From: an uncultured Muribaculaceae bacterium
GTDB taxonomy: Bacteria > Bacillota_I > Bacilli_A > RF39 > UBA660
DNA: 64,000 bases
Assembly (NCBI GenBank): GCA_964371025.1
Contig: CAYJKH010000004.1
Span: 46,448-110,447 of the forward strand
Direction of reading: 5' to 3'
Shown: piece by piece, positions 57,346 to 64,000 of the stretch
How positions within the stretch are numbered: position 1 is the first letter of the stretch
Layout: every line of letters begins with the position of its first letter
Made by a program: the position numbers and the translations under genes
Notes under the pieces: model-generated
What the model saw: the letters and a program-made list of their open reading frames with translations, nothing else
What the model was told of the DNA's origin: nothing
Database searches by the model: none

Positions 57346-58860
57346 ATGAAAAAATTAAAAAATAAAAAAATACTAATTCCAAGCATTATTTTAATATTAA
57401 TAATAATTATTGGAGTTACAATCTATTTTATTAAAAGTAATAATATAGATTATAGTCTAGTACATACTCAAATTGATACTAATAGTTGTGAGGATATTAA
57501 AACTACTAGTCATGAAATATTATTTTTAGTAAATGGTTACCCTTTAGTAGTTGATACTAAAAGTGATGAGGTACACTATAACACTACTCAACTAACTACT
57601 GAATTGGCAAATGAAATTACTTTATGTAATTCTAAAGGATATGAGGTATTAGTTAATGAAGAAAAATTAACTAATAAGAAAAGTCTAGATATAAACCTAG
57701 ATACACTAAGTATGGATGAATATATAAATATTACTCTTAGTAAAAATAATGAAGAAAAAGATGTATTAATTAGAACTTTACATGAAAACATTAACTTTTC
57801 CACACAAGGAGAAAGTGATGATGGTTACTATTATTTTGATTATAATAATGGTGCAGTTAAGATGGATAATGAAGGGAATGTTGTATTTTACAAAGTAACA
57901 GAGTTTATTAGAAATTTCAAAAAATATGAAATTGATGGTAAAACTTATTATGGTCATTTAGAACAAGCTTATGTTTACGATAATATTACTGTTGAAGGTG
58001 CTAAACATATGAAACTTATTGTAATGGATGATGAGTATAATATAGTAGATACTGTTGATTACTTAAATGCTAGTAATGGTATTCATGAAAATCATTCTCT
58101 AGAAAATCATGACTATCAAATACTTGATTTAGGACATTATATTGTAACAGCATACGTTGCAGAAGATGTTGATAATGTTTCTGCAGACTTAATGATCAAT
58201 GATGATAAAGAGGCAAAAGTTGCAGCAGCAGTTTTCCAAGAAATAAAAGATGATGAGCTAATATTTGAGTTTAATTCTATTAACTATCCAGAATTATATG
58301 AGTATAGTACTGATCGTAATAATTATGGAGATGATGAATATCAAGATTATATGCATTTAAACTCTGTTATAATTGATCCAAATGATGGTAATTATATTAT
58401 TTCATTAAGAAGTATGGATGGAATTATTAAAGTTAATAAACAAACTTCTGATATTATGTGGATTCTAGGAGGAATTGGTGATCAATTTGATGTTGGCAAT
58501 TATCAACCATCACGTCAACACTATGCTACTATATCAATTAATGATACCTTAACATTATATGATAATGGTAATACAAATGAACAATCAAGAATCTTAGAGT
58601 ATAAGTTAGATGAAGATAATAAAGAATTAATTAAAGCTAATGAATTCCAAATTGATGGATATTTTGGAAGTATAAGAGGTTCAACTATCAGATTATCAAC
58701 TGATGAAAATATTTTCTTATCTGCTTGGGGTGAAACTCAAGATAACAAAGCAATCATTACTGAATATAACTTTGATACTGATGAAAAAATATTAGAGATA
58801 TATGATCATACAGAAGAATTAGATAGTAAAACATATCGAGTACATAAATATGATAACTAA
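57346..58860 (+). CDS. Membrane-anchored arylsulfotransferase (ASST)-like beta-propeller protein
   Basis: GGAGG RBS, N-terminal TM. Motifs NGIHENHSLENHDYQIL and DYMHLNSVIIDPNDGNYIISLRSMDGIIKVNKQTSDIMWILGG resemble the ASST family. Confidence 0.5.
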   Translation: MKKLKNKKILIPSIILILIIIIGVTIYFIKSNNIDYSLVHTQIDTNSCEDIKTTSHEILFLVNGYPLVVDTKSDEVHYNTTQLTTELANEITLCNSKGYEVLVNEEKLTNKKSLDINLDTLSMDEYINITLSKNNEEKDVLIRTLHENINFSTQGESDDGYYYFDYNNGAVKMDNEGNVVFYKVTEFIRNFKKYEIDGKTYYGHLEQAYVYDNITVEGAKHMKLIVMDDEYNIVDTVDYLNASNGIHENHSLENHDYQILDLGHYIVTAYVAEDVDNVSADLMINDDKEAKVAAAVFQEIKDDELIFEFNSINYPELYEYSTDRNNYGDDEYQDYMHLNSVIIDPNDGNYIISLRSMDGIIKVNKQTSDIMWILGGIGDQFDVGNYQPSRQHYATISINDTLTLYDNGNTNEQSRILEYKLDEDNKELIKANEFQIDGYFGSIRGSTIRLSTDENIFLSAWGETQDNKAIITEYNFDTDEKILEIYDHTEELDSKTYRVHKYDN

Positions 58861-58861
58861 A

Positions 58862-58887
58862 AAAAGTAGAATATAATTCTACTTTTT
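58862..58887. terminator. Bidirectional terminator (ASST-like gene / dnaJ)
   Basis: AAAAGTAGAAT (58862-58872) / ATTCTACTTTT (58876-58886), 3-nt loop. Confidence 0.75.
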
Positions 58888-60007
58888 ATTTTTCATTTTT
58901 TTCAGTAAATTTATCAAAATTTTTAATAAAACTATCTGTTACTAAAGATTTTTCTAATTTCTCTAATAATTTTTTTTCATCTTTACTAACTTTTTTCGGA
59001 GTTACTACTCTAAAGACAACGTACATATCACCTTTTCTATTTGATGATGAATTAAATATACCTTTTCCTTTAATTCTTTGTTTATCTCCAGTATCGGTTC
59101 CAGTTGGTACTTGTAGTTTTACATTTCCATGAATTGTTGGAATTTCTTTTTTACATCCTAGGATAGCATCCACAATTGTTATAGGTACTTCTAAATATAT
59201 ATCATTTTTATCTCTTTCATAAAATTCATGTTCTTTTACAATAAATTCAATATATAAATCTCCATTTGGTCCACCATTTAATCCTGGATTTCCTTTTCCA
59301 GAAAGTCTTAACTGTTCTCCAGTAGATACCCCACTTGGAATTGTTACAGTTACTTCTTTATTTTTCTTGATTTTTCCTTTTCCATTACAAGATTTACATT
59401 TTGTTTTAAATGTTTTACCTTCTCCCCCACAAGTAGGACAAGTTGTTTTAGTTAAGAAAGCTCCAAGAATTGTTCTTTGTTCTGATGTTACTTGCCCACT
59501 TCCGTTACAAGTTGCACAAGTAGTTGAATCAAATCCACCTTCTCCATGACATTCACTGCAGTCATCCATTACATCTAAATCAATTTTTCGCTCTGTTCCA
59601 TATACTGCTTCTTCAAATGTAAGATGCATACGCATAATTGCATCAGATCCTTGACGGGCTCTTGTTCTTGATGAACCTCCGAAACCGGAAAATCCTGAAC
59701 CACCGAATAAATTATCGAAAATATCTCCAAAGTCAAAGTCTGCTCCACTAAATCCAGAACCTCCAAAACCAGAAGCTCCATTATTATTGAATGAATGGCC
59801 AAATTGATCATATTGTTTTCTTTTTTGACTATCAGATAATACTGAATAAGCTTCTTGAGCTTCTTTAAAACTCTCTTCCGCTTTTGGATTATCTTTATTT
59901 AAGTCTGGATGAAATTCCTTAGCTTTTTTACGAAAAGCACTTTTAATATCTGCTTCACTTGCATTCTTATCTACTCCTAAGGTTTCATAATAATCTCTTT
60001 TACTCAT
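58886..60007 (-). CDS. dnaJ: Molecular chaperone DnaJ
   Basis: J-domain with HPD (FHPDLNK), G/F-rich linker, four CxxCxGxG zinc-finger repeats. Confidence 0.95.
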   Translation of the reverse strand: MSKRDYYETLGVDKNASEADIKSAFRKKAKEFHPDLNKDNPKAEESFKEAQEAYSVLSDSQKRKQYDQFGHSFNNNGASGFGGSGFSGADFDFGDIFDNLFGGSGFSGFGGSSRTRARQGSDAIMRMHLTFEEAVYGTERKIDLDVMDDCSECHGEGGFDSTTCATCNGSGQVTSEQRTILGAFLTKTTCPTCGGEGKTFKTKCKSCNGKGKIKKNKEVTVTIPSGVSTGEQLRLSGKGNPGLNGGPNGDLYIEFIVKEHEFYERDKNDIYLEVPITIVDAILGCKKEIPTIHGNVKLQVPTGTDTGDKQRIKGKGIFNSSSNRKGDMYVVFRVVTPKKVSKDEKKLLEKLEKSLVTDSFIKNFDKFTEKNEK

Positions 60008-60061
60008 TTTTACTCCTTAATAAAATTATAAAGTTCTAGTTTCCTAGAACTTATAACTTTT

Positions 60062-61891
<1,830 letters not shown>

Positions 61892-62437
61892 TTATTGTTG
61901 ATTTATTTTAACCGATGCCGGTCTAATAACTCTATCTTTTAATTTATATCCTTTTAATAATACTTCAATAACAATATCATCATCCATATCAGGATTATTT
62001 TCTGTCATTAAAGCTTCTTCTTGCATAGGATCAAATACTTCTCCTACACGGTTAATTTCTTCAACTCCATATTTTTTTAAAATATCTTTTAAAGCTGAAT
62101 GCATTATTTTAAAACCATCTAAAAATTTATTTACTTCATCACTTTTGTTAGTAACACTAACTGCTCGATCAAAGTTATCAACTAGTGGAATTAAATCTTT
62201 AATAATATCTTGATTAGCATACTTAATTGTATTAATCATTTCTTCATCTTTTCTTTTACGATAATTAACTAATTCAGCATGTGATAATAAATTTTTATCT
62301 GTTAACTCTTTTACGTCTTGTTTTAATTTTTCAATTAATTCTTTATCGCGTTTAGAGCTTTTCTTTTCTTTTTTCTCAGTTGAATTATCGCTTACTACAG
62401 TTTCTAATTCTTCTACAGTCTCATTATTTTTATCCAT
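61892..62437 (-). CDS. grpE: Nucleotide exchange factor GrpE
   Basis: Coiled-coil N-terminus, NYRKR motif (VNYRKRKDEE), C-terminal beta domain GYKLKDRVIRPA. Confidence 0.9.
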   Translation of the reverse strand: MDKNNETVEELETVVSDNSTEKKEKKSSKRDKELIEKLKQDVKELTDKNLLSHAELVNYRKRKDEEMINTIKYANQDIIKDLIPLVDNFDRAVSVTNKSDEVNKFLDGFKIMHSALKDILKKYGVEEINRVGEVFDPMQEEALMTENNPDMDDDIVIEVLLKGYKLKDRVIRPASVKINQQ

Positions 62438-62440
62438 ATT

Positions 62441-63427
62441 CTACCTTTCAATATTTTCTTTAATATATTCAAGCATTGAAACTACTCTGTCATATTCCAT
62501 TCTTTTAGGACCAACAATTGCAATAGTTCCATTATCATTACCGTCTTTAAAGTTTGTCTTTATAACAGTAACATCCTCATCTATATTATTTTCTTTTCCA
62601 ATGTATACTTTAATATTATTTGAATCATCTTCTTTTATATCTAAAAGTAATTTGTCATCATCTAATTTGTTAAATACATTTTTTATTTTATCTACATTAG
62701 TAAATTCTGGTTGTTCTAATATTTTATTTTTACCAACCACATTTATACCGTTAGATGTAAAATCAGTAAACACATGATAAAAAGCATTATATAACTGTTC
62801 ATGTTGTTTTACATATTTACCTATAATTGGTTTGATTTCATACTCTAATTTAGTACTAATTTCATCAATCGGAGTTCCGACTATTAAATTATTAATAAGT
62901 CCCACCATCTTTTTTATTTCAGTTGTTGAAACATCTTTTAATTTAATATTTTTATGTTCAATATGTCCTTTATCTGTAACTACTATTACTACCATACTAA
63001 CGTCATCATAAGGAACTACTTCTATTTGTTTTAGAAGATTCTCATGAGATGTACTACCAAGTACTACTGTTGCATAATTAGTCATATCTGATATAACCTG
63101 TAATGATTTAGTTATTACATCAGATAGTGCGAGTTGTTGATTATGAAAAACTTGCTGTAATTTTAGCATATCTTCGCCATTCATCTGTTTTGCTTCCATT
63201 AAGTTATCTACATAATAACGATAACCTTTCTCACTTGGAACACGCCCACTAGATGTATGAGTTTTTTCAAGTAAATTCATCTCTTCTAAAGCCGACATTT
63301 CATTTCTGATAGTTGCACTAGAACATTTAAGTTTCTTACTAATCGCATTAGACCCTACAGGTTTTGCTAATTTAATATAGTCTTCTACTATTAACTTAAG
63401 TAATTTACCTTGTCTTTCACTTAACAT
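62441..63427 (-). CDS. hrcA: Heat-inducible transcription repressor HrcA
   Basis: N-terminal winged helix (SERQGKLLKLIVEDYIKLAKPVGS). First gene of the hrcA-grpE-dnaK-dnaJ operon. The AGGAGG RBS favours ATG 63427. Confidence 0.9.
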   Translation of the reverse strand: MLSERQGKLLKLIVEDYIKLAKPVGSNAISKKLKCSSATIRNEMSALEEMNLLEKTHTSSGRVPSEKGYRYYVDNLMEAKQMNGEDMLKLQQVFHNQQLALSDVITKSLQVISDMTNYATVVLGSTSHENLLKQIEVVPYDDVSMVVIVVTDKGHIEHKNIKLKDVSTTEIKKMVGLINNLIVGTPIDEISTKLEYEIKPIIGKYVKQHEQLYNAFYHVFTDFTSNGINVVGKNKILEQPEFTNVDKIKNVFNKLDDDKLLLDIKEDDSNNIKVYIGKENNIDEDVTVIKTNFKDGNDNGTIAIVGPKRMEYDRVVSMLEYIKENIER

Positions 63428-63441
63428 ATCTTCCCTTCCTC

Positions 63442-63468
63442 CTAGCACTGTAATCATTTAAGTGCTAA
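63442..63468 (-). promoter_or_regulatory. CIRCE operator (HrcA binding site) in the 5' UTR
   Basis: CTAGCACTG-N9-AAGTGCTAA against consensus TTAGCACTC-N9-GAGTGCTAA. Abuts the RBS. Confidence 0.8.
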
Positions 63469-63472
63469 CTAT

Positions 63473-63514
63473 ATTCTACACACTTTTTTAGCACTTGTCA
63501 ACATTGTTTGCTAA
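63473..63514 (-). promoter_or_regulatory. Sigma-A promoter of the hrcA operon overlapped by a second CIRCE-like element
   Basis: On the minus strand: TTGACA (63501-63496), 17 nt, TAGAAT (63478-63473). TTAGCACTT-N9-GTTTGCTAA at 63488-63514 overlaps the -35 element. Confidence 0.7.
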
Positions 63515-63542
63515 TATTTCACAAAAATAAAAAAGGATATAT

Positions 63543-64000
63543 TTATCCTTTAATTTCAAAGTGATTACCACTATCTAAATATAAAATTCCTAACTTATTT
63601 TCCAGTTGTTCTAAGAAATCATTATAGTAATTTATCGATTCAATTTTAGTTAAAGTTATATATACTAAATTACCATCATCCATATAACATAAGAATCTTT
63701 CTTTATCAAATTCATTTGGAACATACTTAATTGAAGATATTTTTGACAAAATATTAGGAGATACTCTACTTAGTTTACTAGTAAAGTTTTTCGTCATAGA
63801 ATTATCTAACTCTGACATAAGCGTTGGTATATTAAATGATTCATTATTAGCTAACACTTCATTATCTTCAAAAACTATTTCATTCTTACTATTTATATAT
63901 AGAGGTTTATTTTCTTCGATATCAATTTTTAAAATCATAAAAAAATCATAACTAACATTTACATCTTTTATAGATAATTCTTTTTTTAATTCTTCCTCTA
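63543..64000 (-). CDS. DivIB/FtsQ-like cell-division protein, C-terminal part (5' end beyond the window)
   Basis: The frame stays open upstream of the ORF-track Met (…KELSIKDVNVSYDFFMILKIDIEENKPLY…) to the window edge. The POTRA-to-beta-domain layout resembles DivIB. Assignment is tentative. Confidence 0.45.
   Translation of the reverse strand, partial: EEELKKELSIKDVNVSYDFFMILKIDIEENKPLYINSKNEIVFEDNEVLANNESFNIPTLMSELDNSMTKNFTSKLSRVSPNILSKISSIKYVPNEFDKERFLCYMDDGNLVYITLTKIESINYYNDFLEQLENKLGILYLDSGNHFEIKG

Overview
Very AT-rich, gene-dense chromosomal segment from a low-GC Bacillota-type bacterium. Gene content and the DUF285 repeat proteins suggest an Erysipelotrichia- or Mollicutes-related lineage. 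TGA acts as a stop (for example at the end of xerD) and Trp is TGG, so this is translation table 11, not 4. I count about 65 protein genes, one tRNA (anticodon CAU) and one T-box leader. I saw no rRNA, CRISPR array, transposase/IS or prophage genes. Most of the window is housekeeping: gltX, a heterodimeric ABC exporter, a T-box-controlled alaS operon, holA, rarA, xerD-deoB, mnmA, xseAB, nusB, mutS, tmk, hemW-lepA, a two-component system, queH, dCMP deaminase, a zinc-type ABC importer, ppdK, trxA, cvpA, rnhC and the CIRCE-controlled hrcA-grpE-dnaK-dnaJ operon. Five regions stand out. (1) At 33.9-37.7 kb, two proteins with prepilin-type leaders sit next to a divergent, orphan PilB/GspE/ComGA-type ATPase. 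One of the two is a 503-aa modular pilin whose C-terminal half is a DUF285/BspA-like repeat domain. A deletion remnant of a third repeat-protein gene lies just downstream. (2) A full-length paralogue at 0.7-2.4 kb has the same stalk and repeat module on a different N-terminal anchor. (3) At 19.0-21.2 kb and 25.8-27.9 kb, a module recurs that pairs a DUF1292-like mini-protein with a membrane-anchored protein carrying a KQAExF motif. (4) At 44.1-44.6 kb, a ~217-bp tandem repeat encodes a short hydrophobic peptide with an anti-SD element and a hairpin, a type I toxin-like or peptide-signal-like layout. (5) An Ala-specific T-box sits in front of a dNMP-kinase-like gene that precedes alaS. All family assignments come from motif recognition by eye and need HMM or structure confirmation.
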